Under the pieces are notes generated by a model that was given only the letters and a program-made list of their open reading frames with translations, searched no databases and was not told the origin of the DNA. Source: an uncultured bacterium (lineage in GTDB: Bacteria > Patescibacteriota > Minisyncoccia > UBA6257 > 2-01-FULL-56-20). From it: a stretch of 64,000 bases of DNA. The translations under genes were made by a program, and so were the position numbers. How positions within the stretch are numbered: position 1 is the stretch's first letter; every line of letters begins with the position of its first letter. The DNA lies in NCBI GenBank assembly GCA_963705915.1, contig OY970126.1:751893-815892 (forward strand), given 5' to 3'. This document shows, piece after piece, positions 20,321-29,380 of this stretch.

Positions 20321-20905
20321 ATGATCACTATAAAAGTAATTATCGGGAGCACGCGCCCGGGGCGCTTCAGCGAAAAACCGGCGCAATGGATTTTTGAAGA
20401 AGCCAAAAAACTTTCGGATACGAACGTTGAACTTCTCGACCTTCGTGATTACCCGATGCCATTTTTCGATGAAGCGATATCGCCAAGCGCAAAGAAGGAA
20501 CCGTTTGCAAATCCAGCAGTTGCAGCGTGGACCAAGAAGATCGCGGAAGGGGACGCTTTTATTGTCGTCACGCCTGAATACAACCATGGGCCGTCAGCAG
20601 TGCTCAAAAACGCCATCGATTATGTTGGTCCGGAATGGAACAAGAAGCCGATTGGCTATGTGGGGTATGGCAGCGTGCTTGGCGGCCGCGCCATCGAAAT
20701 GTTGCGCCTTTCGGCCGTCGAATTGCAGATGGCGCCGATCCGGCAGGGGATTTTTATTCCGATCGCCGTCTATCAAGCGGTTTCAAAGGAACCAACGCCC
20801 GTGAAGCCTGAGTTCTTTGAACCGTTGGCAGCAGTAAAAGATATGTTCCTTGCGCAGCTTATGTGGTGGGCGAAGGCGCTCAAAACGGCGCGGGATGCGG
20901 GGTAG
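20321..20905 (+). CDS. NADPH-dependent FMN reductase
   Basis: GSTRPGR, VTPEYN, LKNAID. Confidence 0.9.
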   Translation: MITIKVIIGSTRPGRFSEKPAQWIFEEAKKLSDTNVELLDLRDYPMPFFDEAISPSAKKEPFANPAVAAWTKKIAEGDAFIVVTPEYNHGPSAVLKNAIDYVGPEWNKKPIGYVGYGSVLGGRAIEMLRLSAVELQMAPIRQGIFIPIAVYQAVSKEPTPVKPEFFEPLAAVKDMFLAQLMWWAKALKTARDAG

Positions 20906-20949
20906 ATGTCGGATTGATTTGGCCATGGCTCCCGCGTAGAATGACGTAT

Positions 20950-21156
20950 ATGGCCAAATCGTGGACGTTATTCGCCGTCGGTGTCTGGGTTCTCATCTCG
21001 CCGTGGCTTCTCGGGTTCGCTGACATTTCAATCATGAAGTGGAGCAATCTGATCTGCGGCACGATGCTCATCGTGATCACGGTCTGGGATCTCTTCGGCG
21101 AAAGGTCGGTTGTCGAAGGTTCTCGCGAGGGCACATCAACCGAAAAAAGCAAATAA
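20950..21156 (+). CDS. SPW-repeat small membrane protein
   Basis: GVWVLISPWLLGF...WSNLICG; start uncertain (20941 or 20950). Confidence 0.7.
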   Translation: MAKSWTLFAVGVWVLISPWLLGFADISIMKWSNLICGTMLIVITVWDLFGERSVVEGSREGTSTEKSK

Positions 21157-21181
21157 CATTTAATATATTTTAAACAAAACT

Positions 21182-21433
21182 ATGGCAACAGCACAGCACA
21201 AAGTGACCATCTACAGCACGCCGACATGCGTGTACTGCAAAATGGCAAAAGAATTTTTTGCGAAGAACGGTGTTTCATATGAGGAGTACAATGTGGCTTC
21301 GGATATGAAAGCGCGCGAAGCGATGGTTGAAAAATCGCAGCAGTTGGGCGTTCCGGTTATCGAGGTCGATGACAATATTATTATTGGCTTCGATCAGAAG
21401 ACCTTGGAACACGTTCTTGAGCTCAAGAAATAA
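21182..21433 (+). CDS. Glutaredoxin-like protein (NrdH/YruB type)
   Basis: YSTPTCVYC, GVPVI, IIGFD. Confidence 0.9.
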   Translation: MATAQHKVTIYSTPTCVYCKMAKEFFAKNGVSYEEYNVASDMKAREAMVEKSQQLGVPVIEVDDNIIIGFDQKTLEHVLELKK

Positions 21434-21460
21434 GACATGAGGAAGCATACGCTTTAATTC

Positions 21461-22396
21461 ATGACTTATGACCTTGTCATCATCGGCGGTGGACCCGGCG
21501 GAGTTGCCGCGGGCGTTTACGCTGCGCGCAAAAAAATGAAGACCGTTTTGATCACGGATAGTTTTGGCGGACAGTCGCTTAATTCTGCAGGGATCGAAAA
21601 CTGGATTGGCACCAAAAATATTTCCGGCTTCGATTTGGCGAAAGCGCTCGAAGAACATGTGCGTGCCCAGCCAGAAATAGAAATCATCGCGCCCGATCTC
21701 GCTCAAAAAATAGAAAAGAAAGACCTCGGTATCCCCGACGGTGGGTTTTTGGTTACCACGCAGGGCGGCAAAACATTTGAAACGAAATACGTTTTGATCA
21801 CCGCTGGCAGCCGCCGTAAACGCCTCGGCGTTCCGGGCGAGGACGCCTTCGACGGCAAGGGCGTGGTTTTTTGCACGACATGCGACGCGCCTTTGTTCGG
21901 AGGGAAGACCGTTGCGGTTGTGGGGGGCGGCAATTCGGCGCTCGAGAGCGTTCTCGACCTCATTCCCTACGCCTCAAAAATTTACCTCATCGTCCGCTCC
22001 GATGTTTTAAGGGGCGATCCCGTTTCTCAGGAAAAAGTGAAGAGCCATCCGCAGGTCCAGATTTTATGGAACACCACCATCGAGGAGATCCGCGGCGACA
22101 AATTCGTGACCGGCGTCCGCTACAAGAATGCGCAAACCGGCGAAGTGAAAGAACTCGCGCTCGACGGCGTTTTTGTTGAGGTTGGCCTCACGCCGAACTC
22201 CGATTTTGCAAAAGGTTTGCTCGAGATCGAGCAATATGGCCACATCCATGTTGACCACCAAACCCAGGCAACGTCTTGTCCGGGCATTTGGGCGGCGGGA
22301 GATGTGACCGACGGCCTCTACCAGCAAAACAACATCTCGGTGGGCGATTCCATCAAGGCAGTTTTGAATATCTACGACAAGGTTAAAAAATCATAA
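21461..22396 (+). CDS. Thioredoxin reductase / AhpF-like FAD-dependent disulfide reductase
   Basis: IIGGGPGG, CTTCD, VGGGNSA, WAAGD. Confidence 0.9.
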   Translation: MTYDLVIIGGGPGGVAAGVYAARKKMKTVLITDSFGGQSLNSAGIENWIGTKNISGFDLAKALEEHVRAQPEIEIIAPDLAQKIEKKDLGIPDGGFLVTTQGGKTFETKYVLITAGSRRKRLGVPGEDAFDGKGVVFCTTCDAPLFGGKTVAVVGGGNSALESVLDLIPYASKIYLIVRSDVLRGDPVSQEKVKSHPQVQILWNTTIEEIRGDKFVTGVRYKNAQTGEVKELALDGVFVEVGLTPNSDFAKGLLEIEQYGHIHVDHQTQATSCPGIWAAGDVTDGLYQQNNISVGDSIKAVLNIYDKVKKS

Positions 22397-22404
22397 CGTT
22401 GGAC

Positions 22405-22432
22405 TTGACGGGCTCGTATTCGCGAATATAAT
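22405..22432 (+). promoter_or_regulatory. Sigma70 promoter of groESL
   Basis: TTGACG-N16-TATAAT. Confidence 0.7.
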
Positions 22433-22438
22433 TCCTAA

Positions 22439-22465
22439 TTGGCACTCTTTAGTCGGGAGTGCTAA
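22439..22465 (+). promoter_or_regulatory. CIRCE element (HrcA operator)
   Basis: TTGGCACTC-N9-GAGTGCTAA upstream of groES; one mismatch to consensus. Confidence 0.93.
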
Positions 22466-22481
22466 ACTAGCTAAAGTTTTT

Positions 22482-22772
22482 ATGAACGTAAAACCAATAT
22501 CGAACCACGTGTTTCTCGAACCGCTCGAAGAAGAGAAAACAACCGCGAGCGGCATCGTTCTGCCCGATAGCGCTGAAAAAGAAAAACCAGTGAAGGGCAA
22601 AGTGCTTGCCGTCGGCCCAGGCAAAATCCAGGAGAACGGCAGCATCCGCCCGATGGCAGTGAATGTCGGCGACGTCGTGCTGTTTAAAAAATACGGACCG
22701 GATGAAGTTGAGATCGAAGGGAAAAAATATTTGGTCGGCGACGAAGACGACATTTTGGCAGTATTGCAGTAG
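22482..22772 (+). CDS. groES: Co-chaperonin GroES
   Basis: TASGIVLPDSAEKEKP, VLAVGPG. Confidence 0.97.
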   Translation: MNVKPISNHVFLEPLEEEKTTASGIVLPDSAEKEKPVKGKVLAVGPGKIQENGSIRPMAVNVGDVVLFKKYGPDEVEIEGKKYLVGDEDDILAVLQ

Positions 22773-22832
22773 AGCTGATTGCACAAAAATCAATTCGTAT
22801 ATTCGTAAAAATTCGTAATTTCGTAAACTACC

Positions 22833-24497
22833 ATGGCTAAACAAATAAAATTCAACGAAGACGCTCGCGCGGCGATCAAGAAGGGTATCGACAAACTCGC
22901 GGAAGCAGTAAGGATGACGCTCGGTCCCCGTGGCCGCGCCGTTGTGATCGAAAAAGGCTACGGTGCACCGCAGGTTACTTTCGACGGTGTGACCGTTGCG
23001 AAAGAAATAGAATTTGAGGACAAATGGGAAAATGTCGGCGCGGAATTCATCAAGCAGGCGGCTGATAAAACGAACGATGTTGCGGGCGATGGCACCACGA
23101 CCGCAACGGTTCTCGCACATGCGATGATTGACGAAGGCGAAAAAGTGATCCGCGAAAAAGGATTCAACGTGATCCAGCTCGCCACCGAATTGAAACAGGC
23201 TGGAGATTTGATCGTGAACGGCCTCACGGGACAGCGCGAACTTATCAATGACAACAAGAAGATTAAGGAAGTCGCGACGCTTTCCGCGAAAGATCCGGAA
23301 ATCGGCCAACTGATCGCAACCGTCATGGAAAAGATCGGAAAAGAAGGCGTTGTGACCGTTGAAGATTCGAATACGATCGGCAACTCATTCGAAATCGTAG
23401 AAGGTATGCAGTTCGACAAGGGTTATGTTTCGGCCTATATGGTCTCGAACCAGGAACGGATGGAAGCGGTTCTCGAAGACCCCTATGTTCTCGTGACCGA
23501 CAAGAAAATTTCTTCGATCCAGGAAATTTTGCAGCTTCTCGAAAAAATTGTGACTAGCGGCAAGAAAGAACTTGTGATCATCGCCGATGACGTTGAAGGT
23601 GAAGCCCTTGCAACCCTCATTCTGAACAAACTCCGCGGCGTTTTCAATGTGCTTGCCGTGAAAGCTCCGGGTTTCGGTGATCGGAAGAAAGAAATGCTAC
23701 AAGACATTGCGGTGGTGACCGGAGCGCAATATATCTCGGACGAGCTCGGCAAGAAATTGGAAAACGTGGACATTACGGACCTTGGCCGCGCCCATCGTGT
23801 GGTTTCAACAAAAGACGCGACGACGATTGTTGGTGGCAAAGGAGAGAAGAAAGACATCGACAGCCGCGTTGCCCAGATCAAAGCGCAAATCAAAAAAACC
23901 GAATCGGATTTTGATAAAGAAAAATTGCAAGAGCGCCTTGGTAAACTTTCCGGCGGTGTCGCCGTGATAAAAGTCGGCGCTCCAGCCGAATCTGCGCAGA
24001 AAGAATTGAAGCAGCGCGTGGAAGACGCGGTCTCCGCAACGCGTGCAGCGATGGAAGAAGGCATCGTGCCTGGCGGCGGCATCGCGCTATTCAATCTCAC
24101 GCTCACCGGAAACTCAGACAAAGGCAAGCACAACGAAGTTATCTTTCTTGAAGTTTTGCGGATCATCAATCATGCGCTTCAGGCGCCGTTGCGGGCCATT
24201 GTGATGAATAGCGGCGAATCCGCCGACCGCGTGGTGGAGGAGCTGAAGAGGACCAAGAAAGACAGCAAGGATCATTTTTGGATCGGGTTCAATGCCGTCA
24301 CGAATGAGATCGGCGATTTGAAAGAAGCCGGCATCATCGATCCGCTCAAGGTTACGAAGATGGCATTCACGAACGCCATCTCCGTGGCCGCGAACTATCT
24401 CACGGTTGGAGCAGCGATAACGAATATCCCTGAGAAGAAATCATCGATGGGCGGTGGAATGCCAGGCGGTATGCCCGATATGGGAGGGGATTATTAG
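22833..24497 (+). CDS. groEL: Chaperonin GroEL
   Basis: TLGPRGR, AGDGTTTATVLA, GGM-rich tail. Confidence 0.98.
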   Translation: MAKQIKFNEDARAAIKKGIDKLAEAVRMTLGPRGRAVVIEKGYGAPQVTFDGVTVAKEIEFEDKWENVGAEFIKQAADKTNDVAGDGTTTATVLAHAMIDEGEKVIREKGFNVIQLATELKQAGDLIVNGLTGQRELINDNKKIKEVATLSAKDPEIGQLIATVMEKIGKEGVVTVEDSNTIGNSFEIVEGMQFDKGYVSAYMVSNQERMEAVLEDPYVLVTDKKISSIQEILQLLEKIVTSGKKELVIIADDVEGEALATLILNKLRGVFNVLAVKAPGFGDRKKEMLQDIAVVTGAQYISDELGKKLENVDITDLGRAHRVVSTKDATTIVGGKGEKKDIDSRVAQIKAQIKKTESDFDKEKLQERLGKLSGGVAVIKVGAPAESAQKELKQRVEDAVSATRAAMEEGIVPGGGIALFNLTLTGNSDKGKHNEVIFLEVLRIINHALQAPLRAIVMNSGESADRVVEELKRTKKDSKDHFWIGFNAVTNEIGDLKEAGIIDPLKVTKMAFTNAISVAANYLTVGAAITNIPEKKSSMGGGMPGGMPDMGGDY

Positions 24498-24603
24498 GGG
24501 GAGGGGCTTGACAAATACGGTGCATATGCTATCATTGCACTTAGTTGTCGGCTGCAGGCCTTTAGTAAATCCTACGCCCGCAGTCGCTTTGGAAAGGAAA
24601 ACC

Positions 24604-24720
24604 ATGTACAAAAACATGCATAGCCCCCCGGTGGTTTCGGGTGCGGACATGAACCACTATTATGGCAACGTGATCGACTGCAACACCATCGGCACCGGCA
24701 AGGGCAACACCCTGGGCTGA
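24604..24720 (+). CDS. 38-aa peptide (MYKNMHSPPVVSGADMNHYYGNVIDCNTIGTGKGNTLG) in a structured transcript
   Basis: Promoter TTGACA-N16-TATCAT at 24508-24535; SD-like GGAAAGGA; downstream terminator. Confidence 0.55.
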   Translation: MYKNMHSPPVVSGADMNHYYGNVIDCNTIGTGKGNTLG

Positions 24721-24913
24721 CGCACCGCCGGCGGCCCGCCCTTGAGCGGCAACTCCCTCATAACCCTCCGTAGTTAGGGGAAGGTTGCCGGATGTTGATA
24801 TATTCGGCCGGGCCCGGAGTGGTGCATGAGCACGCGTTGACTCTTTATCTTATTCGGCTGGCGCGCACGCTCACTTACAGAAAGAAGAAGTACATGAATG
24901 TTTCGTGAAAAAC

Positions 24914-24946
24914 AAGGGCACGCCTCCAAAACGTGCCTTTTTTGTT
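24914..24946 (+). terminator. Intrinsic terminator
   Basis: AAGGGCACG-loop-CGTGCCTTT followed by T-run. Confidence 0.75.
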
Positions 24947-24971
24947 CCTTCGTGGCATACAGAAACCGCCC

Positions 24972-25700
24972 TTATTGAGGGCGGTGGATGAAGCGATACA
25001 TTGCTGATTTCTGCCACACTGCCAAATCTTCCGGGGTGTGGATACAGAACCATGGATAATCTCCAACGGAAGCTAAGATAGTTTCTCCGGCTTTCTGAGC
25101 GTAAGGAAGGAATTCGGAGGTTGGATAGGCGGGGTTTCTATCTACTTGTGATAGGAAAGAAAAAATGGGAGGCCGGAAGTAATAGATCCCCATACCGGTC
25201 GGAGCATTTTCAAGATCGAATTTCAAGCCGTGCACTTCTTTCACGGTGCAGGTTCCCGGGAAAAGCACGATTTGAGGATGGGTCGCAGCGAAATCTCGGA
25301 TGGTGCTGGCGAGCATAACGGAGACGGTTCGCGGATGAGTTGCAGCAGTTTGGATCAGTCCTTCCAGGTATTCTTTGGGGAAAATGCAATCGCCGCCTGC
25401 ATAGATAAAATCTTCGGAGATGACGTGTTGCAGTTTGAGGATCGCTGAGATTTGACCCTCTTCACCGCCGAAATATTCGGCTACATTACATTCTTTAGCC
25501 TTCCGGACAACATATTCCTGAACTTGTTCTCGATGAAATCCGCTTAGGACAATGATTTCCTCAATGCCAATTTGCAGGAATGCATCGATAGTGTATTCTA
25601 AGATGGGTTTTCCTTCGACACGAATCAGACACTTTTGAATCTCAGGATGTTTGAAGCGAATGCCTTTGCCTCCAGCTGCGATTACGCCGATTCTGACCAT
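24972..25700 (-). CDS. NTP transferase family protein
   Basis: VIAAGGKGIRF...QKCL, GKPILEY. Confidence 0.75.
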   Translation of the reverse strand: MVRIGVIAAGGKGIRFKHPEIQKCLIRVEGKPILEYTIDAFLQIGIEEIIVLSGFHREQVQEYVVRKAKECNVAEYFGGEEGQISAILKLQHVISEDFIYAGGDCIFPKEYLEGLIQTAATHPRTVSVMLASTIRDFAATHPQIVLFPGTCTVKEVHGLKFDLENAPTGMGIYYFRPPIFSFLSQVDRNPAYPTSEFLPYAQKAGETILASVGDYPWFCIHTPEDLAVWQKSAMYRFIHRPQ

Positions 25701-25738
25701 AGGTCCCTCCGATAAAAGCTATAAGGATATTAATAATC

Positions 25739-26191
25739 ATGGGCTTGGAAGTCAAACAGATTATCCCTTTTTTCGACAGTCCATACGTGATCTACGAAGG
25801 AGTTTTTTGGAACATAATCTTGCATCGCGATAACCAATCGTACCTTGGAAGATCAATCGTATATTTGAAGAATAGAGTTATCGACGATCCATTATTACTG
25901 ACCCAGCAGGAACGAGAAGAGCTATGGGTTGACCTTCTCCCCAGACTGGCTAGCGCATTAAAGGCTTCCTTTCACCCTGATAGGATCAATTATTCACACC
26001 TAGCAAATATCGAGCATTTTGTGCATTGGCATATCATTCCTAGATATGAAAAGGATCCCAAAAGGGAATTCGACGGGGAGATATTCGAAGACGAACGAGT
26101 AGGTGGACATTGGGCTCCAGCGCCCAAGAAGGAGATTCCTCAAGAAACTATGGGTAAGATTTACCTTACGATCAAAAATAATTTTAAGTAA
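25739..26191 (+). CDS. HIT family hydrolase
   Basis: HFVHWHIIPRY histidine-triad-like motif. Confidence 0.8.
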   Translation: MGLEVKQIIPFFDSPYVIYEGVFWNIILHRDNQSYLGRSIVYLKNRVIDDPLLLTQQEREELWVDLLPRLASALKASFHPDRINYSHLANIEHFVHWHIIPRYEKDPKREFDGEIFEDERVGGHWAPAPKKEIPQETMGKIYLTIKNNFK

Positions 26192-26325
26192 CGATCTCGT
26201 ATTACTTCCGCGACAACAGAGGTTAAGATGGGGGAAGCGAAATTACTCCCTTTTCTTTTGCACCCAAACTGACCGTTCGTTCGTACTCATATTGCATTTT
26301 CCCCTAAATTTTATATAATACTCAC

Positions 26326-26877
26326 ATGCTTGGATGGATCATTTTGGCAATCGTAGTCCTCATTCTCATTATCATCGTGGCCATGTTCAACGGCCTCGTC
26401 CGTTTGCGCACTCGAGCTCAGGAAGGCTGGTCGGACATCGACGTTCAGCTCAAGCGCCGCTACGACCTCATCCCGAACCTTGTTGAATCGGTGAAGGGCT
26501 ACGCTTCGCACGAAAAGACGGTTTTTGAAGATGTCACGAAGGCTCGCTCAATGGCGATGCAGGCAAGCGGCCCCGGAAAGGCTGCCGCCGAAAATCAGCT
26601 TTCGCAAACACTTAAATCTTTGTTCGCTGTCGCTGAAAATTACCCTCAGCTCAAGGCGAACGAGAACTTCTTGAATTTGCAGAACGAACTCACCGATACC
26701 GAAGACAAAATTCAGGCCGCCCGCCGTTTCTACAACGGCATGGTGCGCGACTTGAACACGAAGATCCAAACGTTCCCGTCAAACCTCATCGCGAGCTCAT
26801 TCAACTTCAAGCCGATGCAGTTCTTCGGCGATGACATGACAGCAGAAGAGCGGCAGCCGGTGAAGGTGCAGTTTTAA
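26326..26877 (+). CDS. lemA: LemA family protein
   Basis: [29 protein letters not shown]. Confidence 0.95.
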   Translation: MLGWIILAIVVLILIIIVAMFNGLVRLRTRAQEGWSDIDVQLKRRYDLIPNLVESVKGYASHEKTVFEDVTKARSMAMQASGPGKAAAENQLSQTLKSLFAVAENYPQLKANENFLNLQNELTDTEDKIQAARRFYNGMVRDLNTKIQTFPSNLIASSFNFKPMQFFGDDMTAEERQPVKVQF

Positions 26878-27785
26878 TGGCTACCACTAACCTCTATTCA
26901 CTTCAAAGTTCGAATGTCCGGAAGACGTGGCTCATGTTCATCGTCTTCTTTTTGGTTGTCGGTGCGATCGGGTATGTGATTTCTGCATATTACGGCGATC
27001 CGAGCTTTCTCATTTTTGCCGTCATTTTCAGTGTGGTGTATTCGCTCATCAGTTATTATTCTTCGGCAAAAATTGCATTGAAGATGGCGCGCGCGCAGGA
27101 AATTACAAAGCAGGACAATCCGTTGCTATGGAACATCGTCGAAAATCTTTCGATCGAAGAAGGATTGCCGATGCCCAAGCTTTATATCACGCCCGAAATG
27201 CAGATTAATGCGTTTGCAACGGGGCGCGACCCGAAGCACTCCGCTGTTGCCGTGACGCAGGGCGCGCTCCAGCGTTTGAATAAGACGGAGCTTGAGGGCG
27301 TCCTCGCACACGAGATGTCGCATGTTCGCAATCGTGATATCTTGGTTTCAACGGTCGCCGCCATTCTCGCCGGTATCATTGCATTCATCGCCGATATCTT
27401 CCTCCGATCGTTCATGTTCGGCGGCATTGGCGGTGGGAGGGGACGGAACAGCGAAGCAAGCGGTATCTTTTTGCTTTTCGCTATCGTACTTTCCATTCTC
27501 GCACCGATTGGCACGATGCTCATCCAGCTCGCCATTTCTCGTCGCCGCGAGGCGCTCGCCGATGCGTCCGGCGTGATGCTCACGCGCTATCCGCAAGGGC
27601 TCATTTCCGCTTTGCAAAAAATCCAACAGGACACCACGCCAATGCGCTCCGCAAAAGATTCAACCGCGCATATGTGGATCGATACGCCGTTCAAGGGTCA
27701 GCATGTTTCGTGGTGGCACAAAATTTGGATGACCCATCCGCCGATCGAAGAACGCATTGCCGCGCTCGAGAAACTTGCGATGTAG
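26877..27785 (+). CDS. htpX: Zinc metalloprotease HtpX (M48)
   Basis: NAFATGR, AHEMSH, SRRRE..AD, THPPIEERI. Confidence 0.93.
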   Translation: MATTNLYSLQSSNVRKTWLMFIVFFLVVGAIGYVISAYYGDPSFLIFAVIFSVVYSLISYYSSAKIALKMARAQEITKQDNPLLWNIVENLSIEEGLPMPKLYITPEMQINAFATGRDPKHSAVAVTQGALQRLNKTELEGVLAHEMSHVRNRDILVSTVAAILAGIIAFIADIFLRSFMFGGIGGGRGRNSEASGIFLLFAIVLSILAPIGTMLIQLAISRRREALADASGVMLTRYPQGLISALQKIQQDTTPMRSAKDSTAHMWIDTPFKGQHVSWWHKIWMTHPPIEERIAALEKLAM

Positions 27786-27818
27786 CCCCTTTCGGGGCAC
27801 AATGATTGGCGAAACCCT

Positions 27819-27905
27819 GGAGAGGTGCGCGAGCGGCTGAAACGGCGATCCTGGAAAGATCGTGTGTCAGAAATGGCACCGAGGGTTCGAATCCCTCCCT
27901 CTCCG
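27819..27905 (+). tRNA. tRNA-Ser(GGA)
   Basis: GGAGAGG/CCTCTCC acceptor stem; CGATC-CTGGAAA-GATCG anticodon arm; long variable arm; GGTTCGAATCC; G discriminator. Confidence 0.95.
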
Positions 27906-28000
27906 CGTCAAGTATGTTGGGCAAATTCTCGTAAGTCTCATTTTAGCTGATTAATTTCAGGGTCGACTTTCTCGTCAAGGTTGATAAAGTGGCATCGAAT

Positions 28001-28030
28001 AAAATATCCCCACGATTTCTCGTGGGGATT
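28001..28030 (-). terminator. Terminator of cassette 1 gene
   Basis: ATCCCCACGA-loop-TCGTGGGGAT with T-rich tail on the minus strand. Confidence 0.65.
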
Positions 28031-28043
28031 CAACTTTTAATTC

Positions 28044-28337
28044 TTAACCGTGAAGGATTGCCTCCTTGTGGGTCACTTCTCCCACGGGTCGAGCCGCCGC
28101 GTCACGATGCATGGCTCGGTAGCGAGTTTCAGCTACGCATTCGGGGCAGGTGACCGTGATGTCGCTCTGGAGGAGGATGTCTCCGGTCGGTTGCCCACAT
28201 GCAGTCACTCGTGCAAAAAGAAAACCAAGATGGATGAAGTCATTGTCTTTCGGAAAGGAAGTGCAGCCAATGACGCCATCGGGCAAGTTGTTAAACGTAA
28301 TCGTTTCTTTTTTCGGGATTCCTACCTGACTAGCCAT
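28044..28337 (-). CDS. Hypothetical 97-aa protein, possible zinc finger (H..TACG...VTCPEC); cassette 1
   Basis: SD GGAGGT; promoter TTGCCT-N17-TATAGT abutting repeat 1; own terminator. Confidence 0.7.
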   Translation of the reverse strand: MASQVGIPKKETITFNNLPDGVIGCTSFPKDNDFIHLGFLFARVTACGQPTGDILLQSDITVTCPECVAETRYRAMHRDAAARPVGEVTHKEAILHG

Positions 28338-28407
28338 GTCCGCTTACCTCCGCTTCGATTTTGGAAAACTAAAAATACTATAGGCTAGCCCCATGAGAAA
28401 GGCAACA

Positions 28408-28435
28408 GGTTCGAATATCGTCCACGAGCCCCCGC
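28408..28435 (+). repeat. Array site copy 1 GGTTCGAATATCGTCCACGAGCCCCCGC
   Basis: Direct repeat read from the sequence. Confidence 0.9.
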
Positions 28436-28449
28436 AAATAAGTTAGTGA

Positions 28450-28582
28450 AAAATAAAAGCCGCCAGAATATTGTGGAGTCAAATCTGCATATTGCAGCAG
28501 GTATCTTATCCACTCTGGCGGGGCCGCAACGCGTCTGCTCGCGAGACAGACTGCAAAGGATGGGGCCGGTTTCCTCGCCGTC
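28450..28582 (-). ncRNA. Candidate structured ncRNA; cassette 2
   Basis: Promoter TTGCTA-N17-TATTTT abutting repeat 2; nested stems; U-tract; no SD-led ORF. Confidence 0.4.
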
Positions 28583-28619
28583 ATTGAGAAAATAACAGAG
28601 TTAAATGGCTTTAGCAACC

Positions 28620-28647
28620 GGTTCGAACATCGTCCACGAGCCCCGCC
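28620..28647 (+). repeat. Array site copy 2 GGTTCGAACATCGTCCACGAGCCCCGCC
   Basis: Direct repeat read from the sequence. Confidence 0.9.
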
Positions 28648-28706
28648 AGAGATTGACATAAGTTATTTTACTGGTATAATTATGCCAGCAAGCGAAGGAG
28701 ATTCTT

Positions 28707-28904
28707 ATGTTGCTTGACGGACTTGCGATCGCTTTGATGCTTTTCGCACTGCAAGAGTTTGTGCATTCAGCAATTGCCGGATGGCATGCTTCTGTCGAAG
28801 CGGATTGCAGAATCCCAAGACAGTTTGTTGTAAAATGTGCCGTTTTCTGCGCCTACGGCATGATGTTCTCGGTTTTTCTCCACCACTTTAACTTTCTGCA
28901 TTGA
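28707..28904 (+). CDS. Hypothetical 65-aa two-helix membrane protein; cassette 3
   Basis: TTGACA-N16-TATAAT at 28653-28680 just after repeat 2; SD AAGGAG; terminator GCCGC...GCGGC-T run at 28931-28964. Confidence 0.65.
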   Translation: MLLDGLAIALMLFALQEFVHSAIAGWHASVEADCRIPRQFVVKCAVFCAYGMMFSVFLHHFNFLH

Positions 28905-28996
28905 GAGGAAGTAAAACTCACAGAAATTAGGCCGCCGACTTTACATCGAGCGGCTTTTTCTTTTCAGTGCTTTATGGTCACGTTACCTCGCAATTT

Positions 28997-29024
28997 TATT
29001 CGAACATCATCCACGAGTTCCGAT
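28997..29024 (+). repeat. Array site copy 3 (degenerate) TATTCGAACATCATCCACGAGTTCCGAT
   Basis: 19-bp core TTCGAACATCATCCACGAG identical to copy 4. Confidence 0.85.
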
Positions 29025-29079
29025 GCTTTAAACGAAAAATCGGTCATCCGAAATGGACGACCGATGGCAGCCCTTCTTT

Positions 29080-29331
29080 TTATATATTGTGTCCAATCTT
29101 GAGAATCGACTCGGGGCGTTCTCGAAAAGCGTGTTTGAGAACACGAATGATCTCGCACTGGGCTTCGAGCGGGTGGGGTTTGCCGTTGACAGCGACAGCA
29201 ATCTCTTCATCCTTATTGTGCGGAATAAGAATGAGTGTAGATTGCCGACCAGTGAAGCGTTCAAATTCGCATAGTTCGTCAATGAGCCTCGAGAAAGCCT
29301 GGTCGCAGTCGGGGTCAATATGACTTGGCAT
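29080..29331 (-). CDS. Hypothetical 83-aa protein; cassette 4
   Basis: SD AGGAGGT; promoter TTGACT-N16-TATCTT abutting repeat 4; terminator hairpin ATCGGTC...GACCGAT at about 29039-29066. Confidence 0.7.
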   Translation of the reverse strand: MPSHIDPDCDQAFSRLIDELCEFERFTGRQSTLILIPHNKDEEIAVAVNGKPHPLEAQCEIIRVLKHAFRERPESILKIGHNI

Positions 29332-29380
29332 AAAATACCTCCTGCGCCTAAGATATCAGAACCGTTCGCGAAGTCAATAC

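Noticed and set aside
24540-24946. tmRNA, RNase P RNA, SRP RNA or 6S RNA call
   Set aside because: No tRNA-like ends, no Ala-ending tag and no RNase P or SRP consensus seen by eye; left as an unknown structured transcript.
27691-27924. 77-aa ORF containing AEREGFEPSV
   Set aside because: Antisense translation of tRNA-Ser.
28378-28659. 93-aa minus-strand ORF spanning repeats 1 and 2
   Set aside because: No SD; it crosses a promoter, a terminator and both repeats, so it is probably spurious.
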